NCBI GenBank assembly: GCA_010405405.1
Contig: MU004240.1
Coordinates: 324,316-388,315 of the forward strand
Origin: Microthyrium microscopicum
Taxonomy: Eukaryota
Length of the DNA: 64,000 nt
Reading direction: 5' to 3'
Below the pieces are notes generated by a model, which saw only the letters and a list, made by a program, of their open reading frames with translations, was not told where the DNA came from and did no database searches. Of the stretch, positions 46,035 through 58,902 are shown one piece after another (positions within the stretch are counted from its first letter, which is position 1; each line of letters starts with the position of its first letter). Both the position numbers and the translations under genes were made by a program.

Positions 46035-48177
46035 TACCCAAAGATCTTTTATATTTGCTTATTATTATCTGCAGCATATACATCCATGTATCAGATATCT
46101 GACCCATTCCAAAGCCCCCTCGTTCGGTACCCGCAACTTCCCTTTTGCGGGATTTTACGGATTCCATCGTGATTTCTTACTTTGCGAGAATCAATTAAAT
46201 TCGCGCCAGCCCCAGAAATAGCATCCCTGGCGTTTCCGGTGCTGTTAAAGTGTTTAGCTGCAGGCTGGGGTTGATATAAGAAACGTGTACGAGACATGGA
46301 TTGCCCACGGGGAAACCGCTGGTAGGTTTATTATCGCAAGGTCGTACCATGGTGGAAGATCATCAAATGTCCATGGAAGAATCATTCATGCTCGCCAAAC
46401 CATGACAAAAAATCTTTCAAGGTAAATTGATGGAAGCAATGCAACAATTGTCTCGTCAAACCTTCCAAGGCCTGCCTGTATTTTCAAGAGCGATGGGATC
46501 GTGGCTACTGAACGAACAAGGCCAATCATACATCAATCTTTACTTCCGAACGGGTCTGCCGGTCGCCCACTTTTGACCGGATCGCAATCATGTCACTTTT
46601 CTAGATTATTGCTTCTTTCGTTCATGTCTTTCACCGCTTCTCGATTATACTACCATCCCTGTTGAAGGTGTGAAGCAAGCCTTTGACGTCTTCTCATTAT
46701 TATGCTGAAATAGTAGAGGTACATGGACGACGATTTGCAAGGTCTTCATCATGCCGATATCAAATGTTCACCCCTTCGCTTTCGCACAGCATTCTCTCTG
46801 TTCTCTCTACCCCTGACAGTCTGCAGAGACCTTCAACATTTTGGCTCAGCGCAGTTGAGATCAGCTGAAGCTAAGCGAACCACTCCGCAATATGCAAATG
46901 CCCCGCAAAAGGAGTGATACCAAGCTCTGAAAGTTGGAAGCAAGCTCGAAAAGGAGCCAACGCCACATCGAGGTCATTGGCGCAAAGCTGCTCCACACTT
47001 GAATCCCAGGGGGGTCACGTTAAAATTCCATCTCAAAAGCTAAAACCTGACCCTGACGTGCCTGGAGTCCTGGACAAAAAAGATTTCGTGAACGTAAACG
47101 AAAAGTCCGCGGCGGCTCCCGGCTATTCCAAACAAGGCCAAGACTGGAAATGACTAGACAGGGAATAGCCTTTTGATCTCGAAAAGTTCTGTGAGACTGT
47201 GACTAAAACACCACGCTTTGGCAGTGTCCGTGCTTCATTTCGAAGCCCTCAATGAACTCGTGATACTCTTAGGATAGGTATAACAATTCCAACCTCACCC
47301 GTGTCTCTCCCTTCACGGCTGGATACAAAGTCAATTGGCCTAGAACATCGCGATGCATGCGTGATCGTACTACAACTACCAAGTTGGACCCGGTTCAAGC
47401 AATTGGCTGTTGTGGCACCTCGTGTGATCAAAAAGAGGCTCCATGACGCAGGTACAAAAGCTCACGCTGCCGACATCTACCGATGGGGGCCCTTTCTCAA
47501 CACCAAAATGATCTTCCGTAGCCCACGAAGGTCTGCCCTTCTTCATAACTCTGGGGGCTACAGATTATACAGCCTTGAGAACAGTTTGGCCATTGACACG
47601 CGATGCTGGGGAAGACCCGCGGCGAATCTCGGCATTGTTGAAATCCAAGCTCTAGGGTTGGAAACGCACAGAGCTTGGCTTCCAACAACGTCAATGGCGG
47701 GAAACAAGAATCGAAGGCAAGAAAATTTCTTTTCGGATTTTAGATTGAACACACTCAGCCTTGCTCGGGAGCCGCACTCCGCTTTCAATGGTAGTTCGCA
47801 TGACCGAGGTTGTGTGTACCTGTGTAGCAAGGAACTATATTCCAGAGGGTGCCCAGCCATGCGGATTTTCGCTTCGTAAGTTGTCGTCATTCTTGGGGTA
47901 ACCCAGTGGGCCGTCTCCTTGGAGATGTGCATTCCAATCAGATACACTCTATATGGACAGCTTTGACCCTTGGGCGATTGACACGATGCCCGTCGCAGTT
48001 TCCTAAATGGGCCATGCCCTCCGATGTCGCTTTTCGAATACGGACCACAGTTGTGCGATCCACGCCCAGCTTCTGATATATGCGACATCTCTTAACATTT
48101 TTCCAGGGGTTTGGTTTGGAGGCTGGTCTTGTGCCTGTGTGCGCATGGTAGCTTTTTCCGGTTTGGTTCCATTCCTT

Positions 48178-49164
48178 TCAGCCTCCTTTCCAGAACTTCC
48201 AAAATGATGCCTTGGGGTTTTTGATATCGCTATGAGCTTCTACCGAAGTAGTAATTGGACCTTTGGTATTGGAGGCATCGACTTCAGCTTTGGGTGCCTT
48301 CAAAACAATCCAAAACAGAGTCCCAAAATTATGCGTCTCAAACTCCTCAATCTCGAGCCCGCTCTTCTTGACGATATCTTCAATATCTCTATTCCACCAG
48401 CACCCATGCTCTTTCGCGTGATCCAATGCCGTATGATCCAACAACCTGTTCAACCATCTCCACTTTCCCCTTCCATGCTCCAATAGTAGTATCTGTCCAT
48501 CAGGCGCAACCACCTTGCCCAAGTTCTTCAACATCGTGACCGGCTCTGGCGTCGAACACAACCCCATCGTCTGCACCACCGTATCAAACTTATCCTCCCC
48601 CGGCGGCTTCAAATGCTCGCCCACCTCATCCCTCCCCAAATCACCCAGTAAAAAGCGCGTTGCAATCTGTATCTTGCGCTTCGTCCACTTATCACGCGCA
48701 AAATCCAGCATTGCGCTGCTCTGATCCACCAGCGTCAAACTCTGCACTTTCTGCCCATCGTACATGCCTACTTGCCGCCCAGTGCCCGCTGCACTCTCGA
48801 GAACATGTCCGCGGGCCCGTGAGGCGAGTTTGCGGCGGAGCTCGTTGATGCCGGCTAGGGATTCGTCCCAGTCGAGTTTGGCTTCATCGTGCTCGATGCC
48901 GAGGGCGTGCTTGGTCTTCCAGATGGAGGCGGTGTCGACGGCGTCGATGGCTTCGGGGCTGGGCAGGGGCTTTCTGACGGTCTTTTGATAAGAGCCGTAT
49001 GTGTAGGTGATGGTGAGGGCGAAGCCAAAACCGCTGATGCCGACGAGCCAGGCGCGAATAGGCCACCCTTTGCGGATTGGAGTGCTTTGGGGTAGTGGTG
49101 TTCTTGGTGGTATAGGAGAGCGGGGAAATGGACGTGGAGGGCGGCGGGGATCGGTTCGAGTCAT
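48178..49164 (-). CDS. OMS1: SAM-dependent methyltransferase, OMS1-like (mitochondrial inner membrane type)
   Basis: Arg/Pro-rich presequence-like N-terminus, one TM segment, VLESAAGTGR, FDTVVQTMGLCS, LLLEHGRG and GCWWNRDI; likely ATG at 49164. Confidence 0.82.
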   Translation of the reverse strand: MTRTDPRRPPRPFPRSPIPPRTPLPQSTPIRKGWPIRAWLVGISGFGFALTITYTYGSYQKTVRKPLPSPEAIDAVDTASIWKTKHALGIEHDEAKLDWDESLAGINELRRKLASRARGHVLESAAGTGRQVGMYDGQKVQSLTLVDQSSAMLDFARDKWTKRKIQIATRFLLGDLGRDEVGEHLKPPGEDKFDTVVQTMGLCSTPEPVTMLKNLGKVVAPDGQILLLEHGRGKWRWLNRLLDHTALDHAKEHGCWWNRDIEDIVKKSGLEIEEFETHNFGTLFWIVLKAPKAEVDASNTKGPITTSVEAHSDIKNPKASFWKFWKGG

Positions 49165-49544
49165 CGGATTTATTATTGAAGCGACATTGAATTGGTTGGT
49201 GTTCTGTAATTGTTGATGTTGGTTGAGATGGAGCTTAAAGATGGAGAAAAAAGTTGAGCTTGGAGCTTGCTGGGGCGGAATCAAGCCGCTCACATGAAAC
49301 TTTACAACATCGGAGAATGATAATGCCTCCGCAAACGCAGTACAATGTACAATCAAAACTACGCCCTATTGAGGTTCTATTCGCATACTGTAACTTGGAG
49401 GTCATTCACTTCTTTTTGTTGCTCGAGATTTGCTATTCTTATTTCTAAATTGTTACATTACCAAGGTCGATTGCTCTATCTGCGTACAGCATGACTTTGT
49501 GTTAAAGTTGATTGTGAAAGTACTTGGGCAAACGGCGTACAAAC

Positions 49545-51167
49545 ATGACATTTAAAGCTCCAAATTCTATTCTCATTATAGGATCAGGCGTGTTTGGCCT
49601 CTCAACAGCCTTTGAGTTGGCCACAAATCCCATTTTCAAGGAAACCAGGATCACTCTCATTGATCGTTTGCCGTTTCCAGCCCCAGACGGCGCCAGTGTA
49701 AGAAGGCACTGATTCCTGACTCACATGACAAAGCTAATTGGCATTGAAGATTGACAGTTCTCGGCTTATAAGGGCAGGTGTGTTCCATGGTTTCCTACTT
49801 CTACACTGCTACTGCAGCTTATCCATTGCCACCTAAGCATCTCAGTTTTGGATACTTCAATATCTCGCTACAAATCCCATATACACTGCTAAATCATCAA
49901 CTGACATCAACCAGACTACGCTGTCCCCGCCTACGCCAAACTTGCTGAGAGAGCTCAAGAGCATTGGAGAGGAGAATGGGGTGAAAACAACCGCTATCAT
50001 GAGAACGGTCTCCTCATCGTCGCCGAGCCAGGCCACGATGCATATATGCGATCCAGCCTACTCAATGTCCAGGAGATTGAGCGTCAAAAGGCAATAACTA
50101 CTCCATCACCACCATCCTCATCCTCTCTGCCAGTCATTGAAGCACTGCCCAATCCCAGTGACATCAAGCGCATCGCTGGCACACCAAACGCAGCAGGTTC
50201 AACAGGCTACATCAACCGTCACTCGGGCTGGACAAACGCCGAAGCCGCAATGATATTCCTCCGCGCAAAAGTCGAAGCTACGCAACGCATAACCTTTCTC
50301 ACCGGCACAGTCACCCGCCTTATATTCTCTTCCACCGGCACATCCGTCCGCGGGGCAGAATACACGCCCTTCTCCGCCAACACCACTACCACCGCCAGCA
50401 CACAAACCGCCACAGCAGACTTGACCATCCTCGCAGCCGGCGCCTGGAGTCCCACCCTGATCGACCTCCGCGGCCGTGTGCGCACCACAGCGCAATGCAT
50501 GGCCTACATCCCCCTCACGCACGCCGAAGCAGCACACCTCAGCGCCCTCCCACCACAACTAAACCTCACCACCGGCCTCTTCTACATCCCACCCGCTCCA
50601 CCGCAAGATGGCGCGAAGAGCGAGCAAAGCTATCTCAAAGTCGCGCGTCACGCCCACGGCCTCTCCAACCCGCTCACCATCCCCCATCCAGAGCCGCACC
50701 TCTCCAAAGCACACATCACCATTAGCGTGCCCGCTTCTCACACCGCCATACCAGCCAGTGCTGCCCATGAACTGCGTACATTCACACAACATGTGTTTGC
50801 AGGCACGGAATTATGTGAGCGCGCTTACACGCACGTGCGACTCTGTCACTACGCGGACACGCCAGAGGGTGATTTCGTCGTAGACTATGTCCCGCAGTAC
50901 AACGACACGTTATTCATCGCGACGGGAGGCAGTGGACATGCATTCAAGTTTGCGCCTGTATTAGGCGAGGCTGTAGTGCAGCGCATAATGCGAACTGGGC
51001 CCGCAGAGTTTGCAGAACGGTGGGTATGGAAGGCGGAGAGGAAGGAAGGGGAGTGGAGTGTAGAAGACGGGAGTCGGGGAGGAGAGAAAGGGTTGATATT
51101 GGCAGAAGAGATGGAGAAGGGAGTTGTTGAGGGTGAGGCTACGAAAAAGGCTATGGCGAAGCTATGA
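49545..51167 (+). CDS. FAD-dependent oxidoreductase, sarcosine/L-pipecolate/fructosyl-amine oxidase family, 3 exons
   Basis: IIGSGVFGLSTA, GAS|IDSSRLIRADY, RLCHYADTPEGDF and ATGGSGHAFKF. Introns 49698-49749 and 49778-49914 flank a 28-nt exon. C-terminal PTS1-like AKL. Confidence 0.9.
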
Positions 51168-52061
51168 TGGTATGACACAAGGTACGAAGAGACCGATGAT
51201 CACACGAGACTGACATACTTGTAATGCAGAACACGCAGAATGCAGAGCACGGTCAAGCTTTTTAATCATGTTGATTGAACTTAGCTAGCAGATGAATGCT
51301 TTTTGCAAAACAACGTCTGTGGCCAAGCGCAAAACACATCAATCTTCCTTCATTAACGTTCAAAGAAGCCAGCCGACATCCACAACAGCCCGTCTGGCTG
51401 ACTACCTCTCCTCTACACCTATCTTTTGCAACGAACCGACTTAAATAATAAGGTTGCTTCAGTCCCCCTGCATGCCAGTGCCAACAAAAACAAATGCTTT
51501 GGGCCCCATCAACAACAAACTAGTTCAGTGACTAGCAGCCCAAAGACCAAAACGAAAACGAAAGCAAGAAAACAAGACCACCAGCCTGAGCGGATTCAGG
51601 TTTTGACGCCTCGTGTGTGCCATTCTTTAATGCCTGAGAACAAAAAACTCCGGTTGGTGGAGAAGGTAAAAGTCTAACCATGGAAATCTAGCCTTGGTTT
51701 AAGGAGAAGGTCTCCTCGAATGTATAGAGACGCTGTATGCATATTTTGAAAACCCAACAAAAAGAAAGACAAGTAGAATCCGATGATTTTGCTGAGTCAG
51801 TGATCGTCACAAGCGAGGGTGAGATCAAAGACTGTTCAGGTTTTTTTCTCGTGAATCATGATACGCCGTTGAACACCGTGCAATGCTGCAAATAGAAGTG
51901 ACAAGGACCAGGAATGAAAGTCCAAGGTCGCAAAGAGATCGAGATCGGAAAGAAGCTACCGTCATGCTGTCTTGCCCGAACTCTGATATGTATTAGTACA
52001 TATTATTAATGACGGTGAAGAGTGATCACACCAATGTATGAGCCATCCACATCATCCTTTT

Positions 52062-52971
52062 TCAGGATTTACGGAAGTCTGTGATATGATTAGTACACTA
52101 GATGTGGAGTTCAAAGCGAGGCAAACAAACCTGACAACACAGGGTAGATCATTTCGAAAGCTTGATAGATTTCCTCACGGACTTTCGCACCAGTGAGTAC
52201 AATCTTGCCGCTTACGAAGATGAGGAGCACAATCTTGGGCTTCATCATTCGGTAAATCAGACCAGGGAACAATTCAGGTTCGTAGGAGCTGAAGTTGTGA
52301 TGCTTCGATGCAAGACCCTCCAGACGGATAGGGAACTTGACGTCGCAGGAACCAACAATGTTCTGAATCTTGAAATCCGTGAACTTGGCATTGAAGCCGA
52401 GCTTTTGGATGATCCGAGCATATTTACGAGAGGCCAGTTTGCTATCATCTTCTGACTTGGCGCCGGTGACGACCATCTTGCCAGAAGCGAAGATCAGAGC
52501 GGTGGTCTTGGGATCGCGGATACGCATGATGACGGCAGCAAATCGCTAAGAGCAAAGTTTAGCAAAACACATCTAACGCATTAAACGTTGATGCATATAT
52601 ACCTTTGGATTGTACTCGGCATTGCGCGCATGCAATGCAATGGTCTTCAGGTCCAAACGACAATCCAAGTTCACAGTGGCAACCAGATTTCTTCGGCTGT
52701 TAGGCTTGCGCATCAATTCTTAGGATGGAGAAACTTACTGCAAAGTTGGAGTGATTCCACTGACACCTCCGTTTTGTCCGGCCGCTGGAGTAGCAGCCGG
52801 TGTAGCTGGCATGGCACCGGCAGTCGCATGCCCCGTACCTCCCATGGTAACATCCTTGGCATCATTTGGTGGTGTGAGATCACCATGAGTGCCTGGAAAT
52901 GAGAGAGATCCGGGAGATGTGAAGGCCTTAGCCTGGAGAGCAGTGGAAGGGTGTGTAGTAAGAGAATCCAT
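52062..52971 (-). CDS. SPT15: TATA-box binding protein, 4 exons
   Basis: Near-invariant TBP core ([53 protein letters not shown]); introns 52691-52738, 52546-52602 and 52079-52130; ends DFRKS*. Confidence 0.97.
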
Positions 52972-55900
52972 CTTGACAGAAGTCTGGTGAAGAGGAGGAA
53001 TATGGCAAATCTGAAATGGGAGAGAGAATGTCAGATTCTGAGGTGAATTTTCTTGATTGGTATAGCCTCGAGCGAAAATCGCAGGATAGACCAGAAAAGC
53101 TGATTGCAATCGATGCGCTGATGATGCGACAGACTGAGTTGTCGGCGACGAAGGCGATCAGGGGACTTGTGGAGGAAGAGATGGAAGTCGTACCGTCAGT
53201 GGGAGATGAACAAGTAAATGTCTCCCTCACAGCGCTGCCAGTAAAATGTGGGGTGTTATTGTTGAGGTCACGGACAATAAGAGGTGGGTGGTGTTGAGGT
53301 GCAGAATTGAAGCCAATGGATTCAATAGAGCGGACCGTGCGGGGTCACGAGAGAGTGTGCAAATGGAGAGATTATTATTGAGATGTAAGGAGAAGGAGTC
53401 AAAGGCAAAGCCAGCTAAGCCTTTGCGATGCGCGACGAGAGTATTTTGGATGGTATTGTGGTTGCGCAAGTGACGGCAAGTCAACGAGTTGACGATGCTT
53501 GGCAAACCTCACCGAGTGAGTAAGCCACCAGAAGTACCTAGAGGCTCAGCGGGTCGAGATTTTGCAGTAAAAAACCGCAAAAAGGAGCGCAGGCTATAGG
53601 CCACGGATCGCAGAGTTATTATCTTGAAATGCGCGATGTGGGCGATAGAGTCTTCGATGGATATGCCTGGCGGAGATGTGTGTAGGAAAATTGGGTGTGA
53701 GAGGCCAAAAGTGTTTTAAATGAGGGATGGGGACGGGCTATTTATGTAGGCCAGGCAGCCGCCCACTTAGTGACTGCTTCGAGCTTAGCGCCTTCACTTT
53801 TCTCAGTAGTGGCTTGCAGGGGAGTGAACGGGGGGCAACTCAGGGGCGGAAAGGCCACCTGTCCCAGGCGCTCCTTCCTTGTCTTTCAGCGACCGGTGCT
53901 TGTGAAATCTTGCGCTGCGCCTTCCACTCTCTGCTTCTAGCCTAGCGTGCCAAGCCCTATGACTCCAAAAATGCGATTATGTAACACAGCCTGCCAATCA
54001 CGCGTGTGTAGCAACAGCTTGGTCTGGCTTGCTCTGGCTTGCTCTGGCCAGTGCGCGCCCTAACTCTCAGAAGGCGACCAATCGCTATCAATTTCGAGAT
54101 TTGATTATCGCACCATCCCAGTCGATTTCTTGTCCTCCCTCTCGCAGAGCGCCAATTGTTCTCCGGTGTCCGCTCCGCCTGCTCGCACGCGCGGCTCTCC
54201 TGCAAGCAGCAAGTTTGCTGCATCTTGTCCAGCCTTCAACGAGCCTTTTCTCTGATCTGAGTTCATACCCCAATCAAAGGATATTCTACGCTGAAACACA
54301 TGCATCCCCGGATTTATGCCATCTGATATGTCTAGGTATCTGCTCTCTTTTCGGCCCTCAAACTACTGTACTGTGTTCTGTACAAAGTAGATGAACGATT
54401 TAATCCTCCACGTTCTTCCCTGCGCGCTTTGCTCGCGTCAAGCTGATTGCCAGCCTTGCCAGCCTACCCCTATTTTGCGCCCTCAATTTCAGCAAATCTC
54501 CATTTTGCGCCCAACTGGCCTCAACGCGAACCGTTGCCATTTTACAAACCAGCCTATCCCGACCTGTATGCCCCCAGAAAATCCTCTAACTGACCCCCTA
54601 GATCCTGGGCACGAATCACGATTTACGGAGTATCCTGGCTCACACCTTGACAATCTCGCTGCCCAACCAACAACACAATGCAATCTCTTGCATCCCTAAA
54701 TGATTCGGTTTCTCAGCCTGACTCTCCACTTTGAAACATCATGTAGTCCTTTCTGCATGAAGCATTCTTGGTATTCCAGAAGCATTCCTTTCCGCGTGGC
54801 ATGACATACCACAAATCATTTTCATCAGTTCCAGTCCGGATCCGCGTTTGCCATGGCCGCCACACTCTTTGCCGCCCATTCAAGCCGGGAAGGCAAGCTG
54901 CCTGATTGGCAAGCGGATGCAACTTGCCTCTGCTGTTCCTAGATCGTACACTACCTCCTAGGTCCTCCGCTGCTTCATCCCAGTTTCCCAACCAACCCGC
55001 ACTCGTTGATAATTTCAGCCTTGTCTAGTCCATATATCCAGCGGCCAGCCGAGCTCCGATGTCGTCCAATTGTCGCATGGAAACGTGAGAGGTAATTTTT
55101 TCCACGGCTGACGGAATTTGTGGCCGAAGTTTCCAGAAGTTCTCCTTTGGGGTACGATCTTTGACGACCAGTCCTTGAATCGCACCGCATTTTACCTGAC
55201 CTGGCTAGGTATTTCACAGGCTTCTGCTACAGTATCAACTTTAGCATGAGGTGTCATTATTGACTCTATGCAAGTATCTTAAAGTACTTCACGATTCATC
55301 CAATCTCTACAAAAAGGTAACACATAACGCCTTCACAACGCGGCTCAACAATGAAATCGCAACAAGGTAAGCCCTGGAAGTACCCTCTGCAAACTACTGT
55401 AAACCTCTTTAAAAAATTGTACACTTTCACGAGCACGTCATGGATCTGGCCATCTATGCGCCACAGGCCAGCCCGAGTTTGGCAACTGCATACGATGAAC
55501 ATAAATTATGCGAGCCCCCACAGCCTTGAAATCTAGATGCTTGAAGGGGCCGGGCGATCACGGAGGGTTGTTTATTTTGTTAATCAACTGATGTAAAGGA
55601 AAACAGTGGCTTGTGCATTAATTGTTTTGGACGAGGCTGGGCGCAAGGCTGGGAGTACGGCCCGTCGGCCAGGTATTTGGTCTGTTAACTTCATGTCTTC
55701 TACAGCGGAGGGGTATTCTAGGAGCTTACCAGCACATGTACATTGTGAATATTGTCTGAGAATTCCTTGTCTATTCCATTTCTAGCTGTCGAAATTTGGA
55801 CGTAGTTTGTGTCCTTGCGTGTTGAACTATAAGATACCTTGAGCTTCAACGATCATTTGCGTAATGCCAACCGGCATTGCCTTTTCTTCTACATACGAAG

Positions 55901-56195
55901 CTGGACTTTCTCGGTTGATGAGCTATGTTCCTTTTCCCGGATCTGGTGCATACATTGTCAATCGTCGTATGAGTGAAGAGCTAGCGGTCGATTCAAGTAT
56001 CTGCTGAGCCTGAAATGGTCGCTGCACAATATTTAAGATGATATATAATATGCTAAGGATTATTGTCTGCTTCAAGACATTCTGGTCTAGAAACGCGAGA
56101 TCAGTATCTATTATTCAATTTGACGCCGGAAAGAGCTATGCCGAAAAAAAAATGTCCTTTTGCGTACAATTTCCCCCCTCAACCTGAGTTTCTAT

Positions 56196-57948
56196 CTATA
56201 CCTTTTCCGAAGGATACTGCTCAAGCGTTATTTCATCTTCGTCTGCCCCGTTTAAGAACTGTTCGTCCTCCCCTTCTCCAACAACATCAACAACCTCCTT
56301 ATCACCGAATCCATCCCCTTCTTCCGCCCACAGCAAGGGAAGCAAATTAATAAAAGAGAGGATAGCCAAGAACACAAATGGTGCGATGATTCGATCATTA
56401 TGCACTCCCCATGTGAACAGTCCGCCACTCATTGTAGGTCCAAAAGCGCGTCCCACGGCGTTAGTGGCCGTGGCTATGCCGTTCACTGTTCCCAGTACTC
56501 GCAGTGACGTGGTGGAGTTGGCGAGAAGAATCATACTGCATGGGAATGCCATGATCACCATTCCTGACCTTAGTGTCCATAGACTGATGAAGGCGATTTC
56601 TGCGAGGAGCAGGTTTTCGATTAGTGCTGTGTATGGGATGATGATGTAGAATATGGGTTGGAAAGCGAGGATGAAGCGCATGAGTTTTAGAGTTCCGAAG
56701 CGTTTGGCTGCGGGTGGGAAGACGAGGAATTGGACTGTGATGCTGACTACTCCTTGGATGCTGAACATGAGGCCGACTTTACTGGTATCTGTTCCGGATT
56801 AGTACTGTAAAAAGGGACTGGCTGATAACACTTGGTCGAAGGTGAAAGCTTACCAAGTCCAAATCCACGGTTGAATTGGAAGGGAAAGACCGTCTTATCT
56901 GAGGCGACTCCACCGTTTCTGGGATGATGTAGTAAAACTGACACAATTTGTTCGAAGCCAGCAGTGTGAGTGGCCAATAAAGTATACGACATCAGATACA
57001 GCACTGTATTCTTCGTAAGAACAGACCTGTACGATAGTCGAGGCTCTTTCGTGCGAATAGGCTCCTCTATTGGACTTTCGATATCCTCAGCTTTCTTTGA
57101 CTGGTCATATTCCGAACTGGTTGGCAGAGGAGCATAGAGCGGGCCTCCACGAATGACAGACTTTGCTCGAATCACCGAGTTTTGGAATAAAGCAACAACT
57201 TTTCGTCCCAGCTCGATACCCCAATCTCTCTTATCTTTTTTTGACTCCAGTGATTCCTCAAGAAATAGGATTCCAATGGCAATGCCGCCAAGGAAGAACG
57301 CGGCAATCACCAAGTTCGGCAGCACATACGGGAATCTCCACAGGAATGGGCCATCCGTTCTATCAGTTGGTGGCCGATTCATAGGATTCGCCAAGGCACC
57401 TCCTAACGATGGTCCAATGACACCTCCAATGGTGTATACGATGGGCATAATGCTGAAAGCCCGCGGTTGTAATTCCTTCCATGGACAGAGCTCTGCTACC
57501 ATTGTTCGGACAATTCCAACATTACCATTGACGGCACCACTCATCGCACGAACAAAGAGAGCCATAGGTAAGCTGCTAGAGAACCCCCAGAGTACACTTG
57601 TCAGCATAGTGCCAAACAGGCCAACAAGAAGCACCGGCTTTCGACCAAGGCGATCACTGAGTCCTCCCCAAGGAATGGCTGTGAGACACTCTGCTAATGA
57701 GAAGATTGCGGCAGCTGTTCCTGTCCAAAAACCTACGTCTGCTGGTTTGACTCCTTCGAATGACAGGATCATTGCTGGAAGATATGGTAGGACTGATGCG
57801 TAGGCGATAGGCTCACCCAGTCGCACCACAACTGATATGGTATATCAGTCCAGTTCTAGAATTTTGTATGCTAGGATTTGAACTTACCAAGAAGTGTGAG
57901 CTGCTTCCATGGTATTCTTCGAGCTCGATTTGAATGAGAAGGCGGCAT
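56196..57948 (-). CDS. MFS transporter (ZIFL/tetracycline-resistance-like), 3 exons
   Basis: Motif A WGGLSDRLGRKPVLL, NGNVGIVRTMVAE, QPRAFSIMP, many TM segments; introns 57832-57887 and 56789-56853. Confidence 0.92.
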
Positions 57949-58902
57949 GGTGCGGAAAGCTAACACTTAAACAAAAACACTGCAATCGTATCTAGAATTG
58001 GTCGATTACGATCTTGAAAGCTTGGAACCGAAAGAATCATGTGTATAGAGATCCAAATATCACGATGTTAGTTGCCACGAACTTCTTCTGTGACCAAACT
58101 GTGACTCAAGGTAGAGGGGCCACTTGATTGGCGATAGCAGACCGCATCCGCTTCAATTTTGGTACTCGAGCTAATACATGTATGTACAGGGATCCATTTC
58201 TGCACTTGACAGTCATGACGCAAAATAAGCGTTGATGTTGACAATATGGGCAGATAGTCCAGTGATCAAAGGCCAAGAATGTAGCATGACCTGATTGATA
58301 GCTGGGCACTCACTGAACTTGTATAACCCGTATTCAAGGATTCAATGTTTGAAAATGGCATGAATCAAGAAAGATCGAATTCTAGGTAGCTCTAGAGTAG
58401 AAGTTGCATTTAAGCTTCAAGATCTACCCGTTAACGCTCACCGCTCAATACCCCTCCTACGTTACGTGTCTATCTATAAGAAACTTAACTAATCATGATA
58501 AAGCTATCTCGAACACTACTTGACGGTAATCACCAATACTGCGGGTGTCTCATATGCTCTATCATGTATGACCACGACATCAGTCTTCCTTTGGTATACA
58601 GGTAATCCTCCACCCAGCATAGAACGCGACAGCTGGAAAGATTCATGACTATGTCTGAGCTTCATATTACAACGTAATTGAAGTTGTAGAACTCTTTTAT
58701 AACTAAGTACGATTTTTAGGGAAAAGGAATCCAAAGCATTTTGGTTAACAATCCTTCTTTCTCTAAATGGCACAGCACCATCGTTTAGTATATCCCCACG
58801 AACGAGGCTAGACCGCCATAACATCTACTAGAATTCATATGAATTGCATTGATACAGTTACAAAAACCGACTCCATCTGAAAGCACGGGACTAATCTGTT
58901 CC

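Noticed and set aside
47301..48088. Overlapping opposite-strand ORFs of 192 and 176 aa
   Set aside because: No recognisable motifs, non-ATG or weak starts and atypical composition; probably chance ORFs, though RNA-seq would be needed to exclude a transcript.
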